Source: Polyangiaceae bacterium (lineage in GTDB: Bacteria > Myxococcota_A > Polyangia > Polyangiales > Polyangiaceae). From it: DNA of 64,000 nt. This document shows, piece by piece, positions 29,893-38,854 of the stretch; position 1 is the first letter of the stretch, and every line of letters begins with the position of its first letter. A program made the position numbers and the translations under genes. The stretch is taken from NCBI GenBank assembly GCA_033763455.1, contig JANRKO010000006.1, forward strand, positions 160,001 to 224,000, in the 5' to 3' direction. The notes under the pieces were generated by a model that worked only from the letters and a program-made list of their open reading frames with translations, searched no databases and was not told the origin of the DNA.

Positions 29893-30678
29893 TCAACGTT
29901 TGCGGGTCTTGCGTCCGTACGAAAGCTCGGCACCGCCCGACAAGATGTGATCCACTCCGGTGGTAAAGGTTGCCTCGGCCGCTAGGAACAAACAGAGCTT
30001 ACCTGTCTCTTCGATGGTTCCCATCCGCCCAAGCAATTGCGCGGCATCTCCCTCCGCGCGGCACGCAGCAGGATCGGGTGCGGCGTCAATAGCCTCCTGC
30101 CATAACGGGGTGTACACGTTGCCTGGGGACACCGCGTTTACGCGTACATCGTGGGCGGCCTCATCCACAGCCAGAGCTTTGGTGAAAGCTGTGATCGCTC
30201 CCTTGGTGGCGACGTAGGTGGTAGCGCCGGCCTGGCCCATAATGCCCACGAGGCTCGACATATTGATGATATTGCCTCGCGTTTTTCGCAAATGCGGCAG
30301 GGCGTATTTGCAGGCTGCAAAGATGCTCACCAAGTTGAGATCCAGGAGCTCCCGGAAACTCTCGACGGAAAATTCGTCAATCGTTTGGTGGGGTGGGTGC
30401 CAGCCTGCGTTATTGATCAAACAATCGATGCGCCCAAATTTCTCAACCGTGAAATCAATGAGGGCACGAATTTCCTCAGTTTTCGAAACGTCACACTTGA
30501 AAAACAGCACTTTGGATCCGCCTTCGCATTTCACGTCTCGCGCGAGAGCTTCGCCTTGAGCTTGATTGCGCGCGCAGAACACCACGTGGGAACCTTCGGC
30601 GGCGAACACTCGCACGCAGCCCTCTCCAATGCCTTTGGTACCGCCGGTAACGATCGTAACTTTGTTTTGATAGCGCAT
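29893..30678 (-). CDS. classical SDR oxidoreductase, HSD17B14/L-fucose dehydrogenase-like
   Basis: Motifs TGGTKGIG, NNAGWHPP, YVATK, SPGNVYTPLW, GGAELSYG. Confidence 0.88.
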   Translation of the reverse strand: MRYQNKVTIVTGGTKGIGEGCVRVFAAEGSHVVFCARNQAQGEALARDVKCEGGSKVLFFKCDVSKTEEIRALIDFTVEKFGRIDCLINNAGWHPPHQTIDEFSVESFRELLDLNLVSIFAACKYALPHLRKTRGNIINMSSLVGIMGQAGATTYVATKGAITAFTKALAVDEAAHDVRVNAVSPGNVYTPLWQEAIDAAPDPAACRAEGDAAQLLGRMGTIEETGKLCLFLAAEATFTTGVDHILSGGAELSYGRKTRKR

Positions 30679-30695
30679 GAAAAGCCTGATTATTG

Positions 30696-31079
30696 TTAGT
30701 TCAAGGTATAGGGCATGCTGAGAGAAAATGGCTCGATCGTTGCCAGAAAAGTGAGCCCGTCGTCCCGCCGCATTTCATAGGTGCCATGCATGGTGCCGTG
30801 GGGGGTAGAGAGCACACACCCGCTTGTGTACTCAAAGTGTTGGTCTGGTTCGAGCCGAGGCTGGTGCCCTACGACGCCCGGCCCCTTCACTTCCTCAACG
30901 CGCCCGCTGCCGTGCGTGATGATCCAGTGTCGATTTACGAGTTGTGCAGGAAGCTCCCCCTGGTTGGCAATCCGGATCGTGTAGGAGAACACGTAACGCT
31001 GTTCTCGCGGCGCGGACTGCTGCGGAATGTACTCCGAGCGCACTGTAACGCGGATGCCCTGGGTAACCGAATCGCTCAT
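30696..31079 (-). CDS. apaG: ApaG protein
   Basis: Motifs YTIRIAN, RHWIIT, GPGVVGHQP, FEYTSG, TPHGTMHG. Confidence 0.94.
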   Translation of the reverse strand: MSDSVTQGIRVTVRSEYIPQQSAPREQRYVFSYTIRIANQGELPAQLVNRHWIITHGSGRVEEVKGPGVVGHQPRLEPDQHFEYTSGCVLSTPHGTMHGTYEMRRDDGLTFLATIEPFSLSMPYTLN

Positions 31080-31130
31080 CAGGGGGCCCTCTTAACATAG
31101 GCCCCCGTGTGCAGACCAGGGCAGGGCGGC

Positions 31131-31532
31131 TCAGGTCAACAATTTGAAGCCCGCGAGCGCGAAATGCCTGTCAAAGGAGAAGGCTGTACCAATGCCAGCC
31201 TTGCGCATGAGGGTGAAGGAAATGCAGTCCGTGAAGCTTACTTCTTGGTCGGCAAACTTGCGGAAGAGTTCGAGGGCGAGGAGCTCCTCCTCCTCGACTG
31301 TTCTCAGAATGGCCAGTGCCCGAGACTGGTAAAGTTCTTGCCCCCGATCGGCGGCAAAGTCGTAGCTGGCGCGTCGCCCCAGGAGAGTGAGCGTCTCGTC
31401 GATCACATGGTTACTCGTCACGAGGCGGACGCCACTCAGCTCCACTTTTTTCCACAAACGCAGTGCACGCTTGTGGTGCGCGTCTGAAGCCAGGTAGCGA
31501 GCGAGGAAGGCGCCGGTGTCGACAAAGATCAT
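31131..31532 (-). CDS. vapC: PIN-domain toxin (type II TA)
   Basis: Motifs IFVDTGA, VIDET, SFTDCISF, FSFDRHF; overlaps the antitoxin stop. Confidence 0.9.
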   Translation of the reverse strand: MIFVDTGAFLARYLASDAHHKRALRLWKKVELSGVRLVTSNHVIDETLTLLGRRASYDFAADRGQELYQSRALAILRTVEEEELLALELFRKFADQEVSFTDCISFTLMRKAGIGTAFSFDRHFALAGFKLLT

Positions 31533-31759
31533 CACTCCCCGTAGAGGTAATCGTCGTGTTTCTGCGCCAGATCCCGGGGTGTGTTGCCCGTATAAACCTT
31601 CTGATAGTCGAACAGAGGATCCACGCCGGAGCCGGCATTTTCCACAGCTGTTTGGAGCGCTTCACGTATAAAGTGTCCGAGCGACATCCCCAGCGACTTG
31701 GCACGCTTTTCAGCCACTCGCTTCAAGTGGGGTGGCAGCATGATCGTGGTCCGATGCAT
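31532..31759 (-). CDS. vapB: ribbon-helix-helix (CopG-like) antitoxin
   Basis: MHRTTIML strand, helix-helix FIREAL, HDDYLY tail; lies upstream of the PIN gene. Confidence 0.82.
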   Translation of the reverse strand: MHRTTIMLPPHLKRVAEKRAKSLGMSLGHFIREALQTAVENAGSGVDPLFDYQKVYTGNTPRDLAQKHDDYLYGE

Positions 31760-31794
31760 GCCATAACCATACTGCCATATACGCCACTCGGCAA
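31760..31794 (-). promoter_or_regulatory. sigma70-type promoter of vapBC (predicted leaderless) with TATGG direct repeats
   Basis: Minus strand reads TTGCCG(31794-31789)-N17-TATGGT(31771-31766)-6 nt-ATG. There are three TATGG copies and no SD. Confidence 0.6.
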
Positions 31795-31797
31795 CGT

Positions 31798-34380
31798 CTA
31801 GGGCGCAGGCACCGTGGGAACCTGGCCGAGCGCGGCTTGGGCTAAGAACTTCACAGCATCCGTATTCGCGTGGGCCACATCAAACACCACAAAGTGCCCA
31901 TCTTTGCCCATGGGGGGCGCATATTGCTTCACGTCGATAGTGTGATCCTTAGGGCACTGAGCGGCCATCGAGCAAACCTCGAGGGCGTCGGGGGTCATCA
32001 CCGAATCATCCGCCGGCACCTCCAGGGCGCTTGAGGTGCGAGCAAATAGGGCAATCGTGATGGGCGGGCTGTAGTTATCGCCATGGCCGTAGGTCAAAAA
32101 GACGTGTTTGGCGTCAGCGGGCGTTTCGGGTTTGGCGAGCAGGGGCCCGAAATTCAACGGATCCGCCGGATCGATCCAATGCTGAAGAAGTGTCAGCACC
32201 GGGTGCGTGGTGCCCATGGGGAGGCCGGGCGAAGCGAAATTTAGCTTGTGTCCCAGCACTACGGGAAGCGCCGCCGCAAGATTCACGGGCTTCGTCTTGT
32301 TGAGCAATGCGTGCATCAGGCTCGCGCCGTTTCCTGAAAGCACTCCCGCCTTGAATTCTTTGGAGAAAGGCAACGCCAAGCTACCATGGGTGGAGCCTTG
32401 TGAGTGCCCAAAGAGCACAATCTTGTCTTTGTTCACCTTGAGTGGGGTACTCGTCACCGTACCGTCAAGGGCTGCGGCAAAGCGCCCTACCGAGAGCAGA
32501 TCTGCCGCCCCCTGCATTGGGTTGCCGCGTGCCGCGCCGGGGTTGGCGAAGTTGAAGAACAGATTGTCGGGCGACTCTGTAGAAGCTCCACGGCGTGGTC
32601 CGTGTTGTGGCAGATCGATTCCGAGAACAGCAAAACCGACGTTATTGGCGCCAATTGCGACGCTTGAAAGCGCGCCGTTTACTTCTGGCCGAATGAAGCT
32701 CCTAAAGGAACCGCCGGTGCCGTGACCAAAAACCACCAAGGGCCAGCCATCTGCAGGCGCAGTGCCTTTAGGGATAGTAACGGCCATACACACGTCTTCT
32801 GTGCGCACGCGCGTGAGCGAAATGTCTCCTCCGTCGGCGGGCGTAAGATACGGGGCCGTTCCCTTCTGGAAGATCGGGAGTGTTACCAGAGCGTGGTATT
32901 CGTCGAACGTGTCATTTGGAGCGCCACATCCTCGGCCCCCGTCGTGCTGGGGGCAGGGAGATACAGTATTCGCCTCACACTTCACCCACGCACCCTTTAC
33001 GGTTGGCACCGGATCCGCGTAAACGGCGTCCGCCAAACTCTTCATGCTAGTTGCTGGTGTGCCGACCGTGTAAACGGTCGCGTTATAGACGTCTTTGGTC
33101 GCCACGTTGGCGGTCTTTAGCGCGGCGCGAAAGGCTGCGTACTTCGGGTACGCCGCGGCCAGCGCAGCATCTGCGGGAGCGGTGTCTGACAAGAGGGCGT
33201 CGAGGTGTGCTGAGCGTTCAATCGTGGCACCGCCTTTGGCCTTGGGTGGAGTGGCGCCATCCTTGCCGGTTAGGTACACCGCGTAGGAATGTCCGGGAGT
33301 GAGGGGGTAATCCCCACCGATTCGCACGGTATAGGCGTTGTGGCAGACGTACTCATTCTTGTTCGGATCGACGCCGTAAACCAAGCCTGGGTACCCGCCA
33401 TTCGGGTCAGTGAGATCCATGATGTGTGGGACGATGGAATTGAAGTCCACCTGGCCAGAAAATCTGAACATGATTGTTGAAGCGCCGCTCCAGGTTCCCT
33501 CTGTAGCTTGCAAGGCATCCACATAGATCTTTACCGGATCAAAGCCGAGGAGTGCGCTGCCCGGTGTCGGAAAGCCAGATAGATCCAATTTGCCATCTTT
33601 TACGCGAATATCGTTGGGGAAGGGGAGGCGAAAGAAGTCCCCTTCTTGACCCTTAGGAGCCGTGGCGCCTGGCACTTCGAAGTATGCGCGCGCAGTATCC
33701 GGCGAAGGATCTTCGCACGTAACGCCCGGCGTTCCTTCAAGCGGAAACGGCACAGGACCAGCTGGTGCACATTTACCGCCGTTACAGGTTAAACCAGAAA
33801 GACAATCGGTCGCAGTAGTGCAATCACCACCGACGTCCTTGGTGCCTTCGGCCACGCACTGCGCTGAAAATCCTTTGAGTGCACAGCGCAACCCCGCACC
33901 GCATTCGAGGTCCACCTTGCAACCTTCACCCAACGCCCCGGTTCCGGTGGCCACGCAAGTGGGAGCGGTGAGGGGGTTTTGCAAAGCCGCGGCAAGTGGC
34001 ACAGAGCAGCGCAGGCCATCGGCGCACTCGCCACTCGTGAGACAAGGCTGGCCTTCGACCGTGGACTTGCCGGCCTCACACGTGCTAGTGGCATTGCAAG
34101 CCAACCCATTCCGACACACGTCCGTCGCACTGCAAGGTTGGCCGAGGCCTGCGCCCTTGGGGATGCTAACGCCGCCCCCGGAACCCAGATTCGATCCTCC
34201 GCCAAGGCCCGTATTGCCCGCGCCTGCCGCTGCGTTTGGGCCGTAATCCACCGGGAGACCGGTTGCGCAATCCAGCCCGTCTTCGGTGACGCACTGGTTC
34301 TTCGTCTTGTTACAAGCGGCAGCTATTCCGAGCCCACCAACAACAGCTACCGTAAGTAGCTTCCACGGCCTTTTTATCAT
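31798..34380 (-). CDS. large lipoprotein alpha/beta-hydrolase with N-terminal cysteine-rich repeats
   Basis: Lipobox AAAC, four G-x-x-C-x5-C-x-x-GL-x-C repeats, RLPFPNDIR, GHGTGG, GHSQG nucleophile, C-terminal DGHF. Confidence 0.78.
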   Translation of the reverse strand: MIKRPWKLLTVAVVGGLGIAAACNKTKNQCVTEDGLDCATGLPVDYGPNAAAGAGNTGLGGGSNLGSGGGVSIPKGAGLGQPCSATDVCRNGLACNATSTCEAGKSTVEGQPCLTSGECADGLRCSVPLAAALQNPLTAPTCVATGTGALGEGCKVDLECGAGLRCALKGFSAQCVAEGTKDVGGDCTTATDCLSGLTCNGGKCAPAGPVPFPLEGTPGVTCEDPSPDTARAYFEVPGATAPKGQEGDFFRLPFPNDIRVKDGKLDLSGFPTPGSALLGFDPVKIYVDALQATEGTWSGASTIMFRFSGQVDFNSIVPHIMDLTDPNGGYPGLVYGVDPNKNEYVCHNAYTVRIGGDYPLTPGHSYAVYLTGKDGATPPKAKGGATIERSAHLDALLSDTAPADAALAAAYPKYAAFRAALKTANVATKDVYNATVYTVGTPATSMKSLADAVYADPVPTVKGAWVKCEANTVSPCPQHDGGRGCGAPNDTFDEYHALVTLPIFQKGTAPYLTPADGGDISLTRVRTEDVCMAVTIPKGTAPADGWPLVVFGHGTGGSFRSFIRPEVNGALSSVAIGANNVGFAVLGIDLPQHGPRRGASTESPDNLFFNFANPGAARGNPMQGAADLLSVGRFAAALDGTVTSTPLKVNKDKIVLFGHSQGSTHGSLALPFSKEFKAGVLSGNGASLMHALLNKTKPVNLAAALPVVLGHKLNFASPGLPMGTTHPVLTLLQHWIDPADPLNFGPLLAKPETPADAKHVFLTYGHGDNYSPPITIALFARTSSALEVPADDSVMTPDALEVCSMAAQCPKDHTIDVKQYAPPMGKDGHFVVFDVAHANTDAVKFLAQAALGQVPTVPAP

Positions 34381-34587
34381 GGGATTCCCTCTTTCGAGCA
34401 GACGTCAAAGTAAAAGAAGCGGCGAAGCGTAACCTGCTCGGCGCGCTCAGCTCAAGGGCTTGGATTTTCGGCCCTAAGCTGGGCACCCGCGTAGGCTAAG
34501 ATGCGGCCCAGAGGTGCAGCGTGGGGGGAATTTTGAGACGCCGAACTCCACCCTTCAACGGCAGCTGTGATAGAGAGTCAAAACCTT

Positions 34588-35991
34588 ATGTGGCGCCCAA
34601 AAATCCTTTCTTTTCACCTGTATTGGGCCATGCCCGCAGTTCTGGCCTGTTGGCTCCTGCCCCCCGTGAGCGCCCAAGCTGAATCTGCAGAAGATGTAGC
34701 TACGGCGCGCCGAACGGCCACCGAAGGTATACGCCTCTTTCAGCAGGGGGACTTTGCGGGCGCCCTTGAACGCATGGAGCGAGCCCAAGCTCTCTACGAC
34801 GTCCCCGTGCATCGGCTGTTCATCGCTCGTGCCCAAGTCAAGCTTAACCGCTGGGTAGAAGGTGCGGAAACCTACCGGAAGCTTTCACGCCTTGAGCTCG
34901 ACGCCAAAGCTCCCAAAGAGTTCGTGAGCGCGATAGAAAGCGCCAAAACGGAGCTTGCCGAGCTGGAACCAAAGATACCAACGTTACGGGTTGTTGTGAA
35001 ACCTGAAACGGCGAAGGGTATCACCGTTACGCTGGATGGGCGTGAGCTTCCAGCCGCAGCGGTGGGTATCGAGCGGCCGAGCGATCCGGGCAAACATACT
35101 CTTGTGGCGCGCGGAGTGGGCGCTGAGGCTCAGGAGCGCAGCGTGACTCTTGCGGCAGCCAGCAAAGAAGAAGAGGTGTTCACTTTTGCGGCGGCTAGTA
35201 CGGGCGCGGCCTCGGTGAGCGAAAAGGGCGCGAAAACCGCTGTGGGGGAGGCGAAAACGAAGCCGGAGGATAAAGCGAAGGCGGGGAGTAAAGCGGCTGC
35301 GCCCGAGAAGAAGAAGCCGTTTCAGTTGGAGTTTATGGCGGGGTTGAGGTTGGGGTTATCGGCGCCGAACGGGGACTCTGTGGCAACCGTCGGAGTGAAC
35401 GAGAAGAAAAACTTATCGATGGGCGAGCTAGCTGGCACAGGTGGAGGGTTGGAGCTTCGGGGAGGCGTTAGGTTTCATCCGAACTTGACCGGCGTCTTGT
35501 ATTTTGACGCAAGCACAGTCCCAGGGGGCACTTGGAATCCCTACCCCACGAAGGTAGTAACGGAGGACGTGAAGTTCAGCCGGTCGGCATCCTGGACGAA
35601 CTTCGGTCTCGGTGTTGTCGCCAGTATGGACCCGAAGGAGCTGGGTGTATTTGGCGAGGTGGATCTCGTCCTCGCGAGTTCGCTGACGGCCAAACACACG
35701 TTTACGTCACCGGACGTTTGCAAGGGTGACGTAAACACTTTCACTTTGTCGGGATCCGCTCTGCGATTGGGTGGCGGGCTTAACATCCCGACGAAGATTA
35801 TCGGCACGCTAACGCCCCTGTTAACGGCAACCGTGGGCAAATTCGGGACGGCCAAGCCCGTTCTTGGGTGTGGTGAAAAAATCAGAGGGGTGGGGATGGA
35901 AGAAAGGGCTAACCCCACAGTCAACGGCTCCAAGTTGCACAGCCTGGTGTTCCTGGGCATTGGGTCAGAGCTCCATTTCGGCGGCAACTAA
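34588..35991 (+). CDS. secreted TPR + PEGA-like protein with C-terminal beta-barrel-like domain
   Basis: AQA signal, TPR helices (GIRLFQQGDFAGAL), VTLDG..DPGKHTL PEGA-like segment, linker, beta-rich C-terminus; start uncertain (34567/34588/34630). Confidence 0.72.
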   Translation: MWRPKILSFHLYWAMPAVLACWLLPPVSAQAESAEDVATARRTATEGIRLFQQGDFAGALERMERAQALYDVPVHRLFIARAQVKLNRWVEGAETYRKLSRLELDAKAPKEFVSAIESAKTELAELEPKIPTLRVVVKPETAKGITVTLDGRELPAAAVGIERPSDPGKHTLVARGVGAEAQERSVTLAAASKEEEVFTFAAASTGAASVSEKGAKTAVGEAKTKPEDKAKAGSKAAAPEKKKPFQLEFMAGLRLGLSAPNGDSVATVGVNEKKNLSMGELAGTGGGLELRGGVRFHPNLTGVLYFDASTVPGGTWNPYPTKVVTEDVKFSRSASWTNFGLGVVASMDPKELGVFGEVDLVLASSLTAKHTFTSPDVCKGDVNTFTLSGSALRLGGGLNIPTKIIGTLTPLLTATVGKFGTAKPVLGCGEKIRGVGMEERANPTVNGSKLHSLVFLGIGSELHFGGN

Positions 35992-36024
35992 AGCCCCAAC
36001 CTCGAACGTCCGTAAGGTGACTCG

Positions 36025-36906
36025 ATGGCTTCCCCTTCCGAACCCCGCGTAACTCCTGCATTGGCCACGATCCTCGTGTCCTGCGCGGACAAGCGCGGAA
36101 TCGTGGCTGGCCTAGCCCAAACGCTGGCTGGCCACGGCGCCAACATCTTAGATTCGGATCAGCACACCGATCGCTTGGAGAGGCAGTTCTTTCAGCGCAT
36201 CCGCTTCGATGTTTCGGACATTCACACGGATAGGCTCACGCTGGAGCGAGCGATTGCGGAAGTGGCGCAACGCTTCGAGATGAATTACCTCATCGAATAC
36301 GCCGACCGAAAAAAGCGGGTCGCGTTGTTCGTCTCCAAGTACGACCACTGCTTGCATGATCTGTTGCTGCGTCACCAAGCCGGTGAGCTCGATTGCGAGT
36401 TGGCACTGATCGTTAGCAACCATGGCGATCTGCGCAAGGTGGCGGAGCAATACACGGTCCCGTTTTTCGAGTATCCCGTCACTGCTGATACCCGTCGCAC
36501 CCAAGAGCAAGCCGAGCTTTTGCTTCTCAAGGAACACAAGATCGATCTGGTGGTCCTAGCGCGCTACATGCAGATCCTCTCGGACACGTTTGTGGCGGAG
36601 TTGCCACACCGGATCATTAACATCCATCACTCATTTTTACCCGCGTTTGTTGGGGGTAAGCCCTACCATCAAGCCAAAGAACGAGGTGTGAAGCTCATCG
36701 GAGCAACAGCCCACTACGCCACGGCGACGCTCGATGAAGGCCCCATCATCGAGCAGGATGTGGTGCGTTGTTCCCACAAGGATTCAATTGAGGATCTGGT
36801 GCGCAAAGGGCGTGATCTTGAAAAAGTGGTGCTGGCACGTGCGGTGCGCTGGCACTTGGAAGATCGTGTGCTCACTTACGGCAATAAGACAGTTGTATTT
36901 GACTGA
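36025..36906 (+). CDS. purU: formyltetrahydrofolate deformylase
   Basis: ACT domain; motifs VSK.DHCL, VLARYMQIL, INIHHSFLP, RGVKLIGATAHY, LDEGPIIEQ. Confidence 0.95.
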   Translation: MASPSEPRVTPALATILVSCADKRGIVAGLAQTLAGHGANILDSDQHTDRLERQFFQRIRFDVSDIHTDRLTLERAIAEVAQRFEMNYLIEYADRKKRVALFVSKYDHCLHDLLLRHQAGELDCELALIVSNHGDLRKVAEQYTVPFFEYPVTADTRRTQEQAELLLLKEHKIDLVVLARYMQILSDTFVAELPHRIINIHHSFLPAFVGGKPYHQAKERGVKLIGATAHYATATLDEGPIIEQDVVRCSHKDSIEDLVRKGRDLEKVVLARAVRWHLEDRVLTYGNKTVVFD

Positions 36907-36910
36907 ACCA

Positions 36911-36936
36911 GCGCCGAACGGGCTATTGTTCGGCGT
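36911..36936. terminator. hairpin between convergent purU and lipoprotein gene
   Basis: CGCCGAAC-N8-GTTCGGCG inverted repeat 5 nt after the purU stop; no U-tract. Confidence 0.4.
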
Positions 36937-36963
36937 CGCCGCCTGGGACACGAGCGCACAACG

Positions 36964-37422
36964 CTACATTGTCTCGCAATTTGCCGCCCCCCAGTAGCTC
37001 AAGCGGAAAGTGTTGGTGCTCGTCTTCACCTCAAAGGTGTCCCTTTGCCCCGATTGCAAGAACTCGAGCGTGTAAGTTTTCTCCGCAAGTACGGTAGGCC
37101 CATCCATTACCCGACTGGTCAACGACTTTCCGTCAGTGATGTTATCGACATTCAGACCGCCGCCGCCGCCTTCAGCGGAAGGATTCTTGCCGAAACTGGC
37201 TTGGGGACCGCCCAGCTGCTGGTCCGGCCGCAATACTTCTTGGCACCCCATGATTGCCTCTTGAAACGCGGTGCCATCCCATTCTTCCAAGAGGAAATGT
37301 GCCGCAGCTACTGGGACGTTCTGTTCCTGCTCACTCTTGCCGGCGCAGGCCGTGATGCAAACCACGACGACTACGAATAAGGGGACTAGAGATTTTCGAA
37401 GCCCGGACAACATGAACTGCAT
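36964..37422 (-). CDS. hypothetical lipoprotein
   Basis: SD-like AAGAAGG before ATG 37422; hydrophobic stretch plus ITAC lipobox; beta-rich mature part with two Cys. Confidence 0.62.
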   Translation of the reverse strand: MQFMLSGLRKSLVPLFVVVVVCITACAGKSEQEQNVPVAAAHFLLEEWDGTAFQEAIMGCQEVLRPDQQLGGPQASFGKNPSAEGGGGGLNVDNITDGKSLTSRVMDGPTVLAEKTYTLEFLQSGQRDTFEVKTSTNTFRLSYWGAANCETM

Positions 37423-37877
37423 GGTTCGCCTTCTTTGGTTGTTTGGACCTGACATTCGCAGTACGAATAGCCGTCCAGCGAGCAGGCGCAGTGGCCGTCC
37501 TGACAGAACGATCCCCAGTGGCGCTGGTCAATATCCTGACAGCTGGCCTCGCACGCACCGGGACCAGCGGTTGACTGGGAGAGTGGCCCGCAGGTAACTG
37601 CTAGCCCCAACGTGCTGCAACCCGGAACTTCGGGTCGCAGCAGGCCGGGCTTGCCGCCTACTGAGTTGGCCGTTGGCATGGCGCCCGCACCGCCGATCAT
37701 CATGCCTACCCCGCGGGGCAGGGATGACGGGGCAGCGACTGAGTGTGATCCGCCTCCTCCAATTGGCGAGCCGGAAGGGGGATTGCCGATCGTCTGTGTT
37801 TCAACTGCACGACCGCCGCAGGCTGCTGAAAGGAGGCAGCCTGCGGCTAGAAACCGCCTGAGGTCGCGAGCATACAT
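37386..37877 (-). CDS. hypothetical cysteine-rich lipoprotein
   Basis: Lipobox SAAC, Gly/Pro linker, C-terminal domain with about 12 Cys. Confidence 0.62.
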   Translation of the reverse strand: MYARDLRRFLAAGCLLSAACGGRAVETQTIGNPPSGSPIGGGGSHSVAAPSSLPRGVGMMIGGAGAMPTANSVGGKPGLLRPEVPGCSTLGLAVTCGPLSQSTAGPGACEASCQDIDQRHWGSFCQDGHCACSLDGYSYCECQVQTTKEGEPCSSCCPGFENL

Positions 37878-37911
37878 CTGATTCGGCGCACCGGTCAGTG
37901 GATGAGGCGTT

Positions 37912-38781
37912 TCATCTATGGCCCAAACTGCACCAGTGGTACGAATCTCCGCTTGCCTGATCTACGTAGGAGCGTGCGTTCCAGTCAGCAAACCAGGCGA
38001 TACGATTTGTGAGATACCAATCTGCCCTCGACCAATACCCGTTCGGGACAAAAGTGTCTAAAAACGTCGATCCATCACTGGAATTCCTGAAGTGAATCGA
38101 TCCACCCCCATATACCGATACAGTGGAATAGGCGCTCTTTACTGTCCTCTTCCAGTTCCCGTCTCCCGTCACCCACATCCACGTGAAATCAAATTCATTT
38201 GACCAACCCGAGAACGTCTTGTAACAGAAAGTGCAATTAAACCACTGATCGTACGAGGGGTTGGGCGAGGTGCAATCGTAATACAGAAGTTGTTGCTCTA
38301 TTTTCCCTGTCCCAGATGAGCCACTTGCGGAAGGTAGCGTGCTCGGCGCGGAAACAGCCTCGGCACCCGCTGTGCTTGTGGGTACGCGTGTCATTCCGTC
38401 CGAATCAAGCGCTACCAGCTCCGCCGGCGCATCGGCGTGAGCCAGCTCCTTGTACAGCTCCACGGCTGAGAGCTGACGTTCTCTGAGCTCGCGGCTTATC
38501 AGCGGGGTGGACCCATTACGGCCGGTCTCCTGGACCAAAATCTGCCCACCCACATTATAAAAGCCAACAGTGGCGCCATCGCGTGCCACCTGGGCCACGG
38601 GCACGGCGAGCTCCCCCTTTTCATTCCTAACGACCGGCTCGGTCGGCTCCGCTCCCGCGCCTATTCCCGGGCTCCCGTCCGTCCCCGGCGCCGTCTCGTC
38701 CACAGCGCCGCACCCAACAAAACTTAGGCCGCATCCCATCATCACGGCACAACTCGATAAAAACTGCTTGATGTGTTTCAT
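37912..38781 (-). CDS. hypothetical lipoprotein with pro-region and aromatic-rich, low-GC C-terminal domain
   Basis: Strong SD GGGAGG, lipobox FVGC, Ser/Gly linker ending EQQL, Trp/Tyr-rich domain with four Cys. Confidence 0.72.
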   Translation of the reverse strand: MKHIKQFLSSCAVMMGCGLSFVGCGAVDETAPGTDGSPGIGAGAEPTEPVVRNEKGELAVPVAQVARDGATVGFYNVGGQILVQETGRNGSTPLISRELRERQLSAVELYKELAHADAPAELVALDSDGMTRVPTSTAGAEAVSAPSTLPSASGSSGTGKIEQQLLYYDCTSPNPSYDQWFNCTFCYKTFSGWSNEFDFTWMWVTGDGNWKRTVKSAYSTVSVYGGGSIHFRNSSDGSTFLDTFVPNGYWSRADWYLTNRIAWFADWNARSYVDQASGDSYHWCSLGHR

Positions 38782-38854
38782 TTCACTAGCCTCCCTTAGT
38801 CGTTTTTGCCTTCAGTTCTGCGAGTATCCTGCGGCGCTAAGCGTCAACCCTTGC

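Noticed and set aside
37891..37901. CCGGTCAGTGG resembling the prfC repeat core as a distant att partner
   Set aside because: Only a 10/11 match, which is expected by chance in 64 kb.
37912..38300. Diversity-generating retroelement target
   Set aside because: No reverse transcriptase and no template/variable repeat pair in the window.
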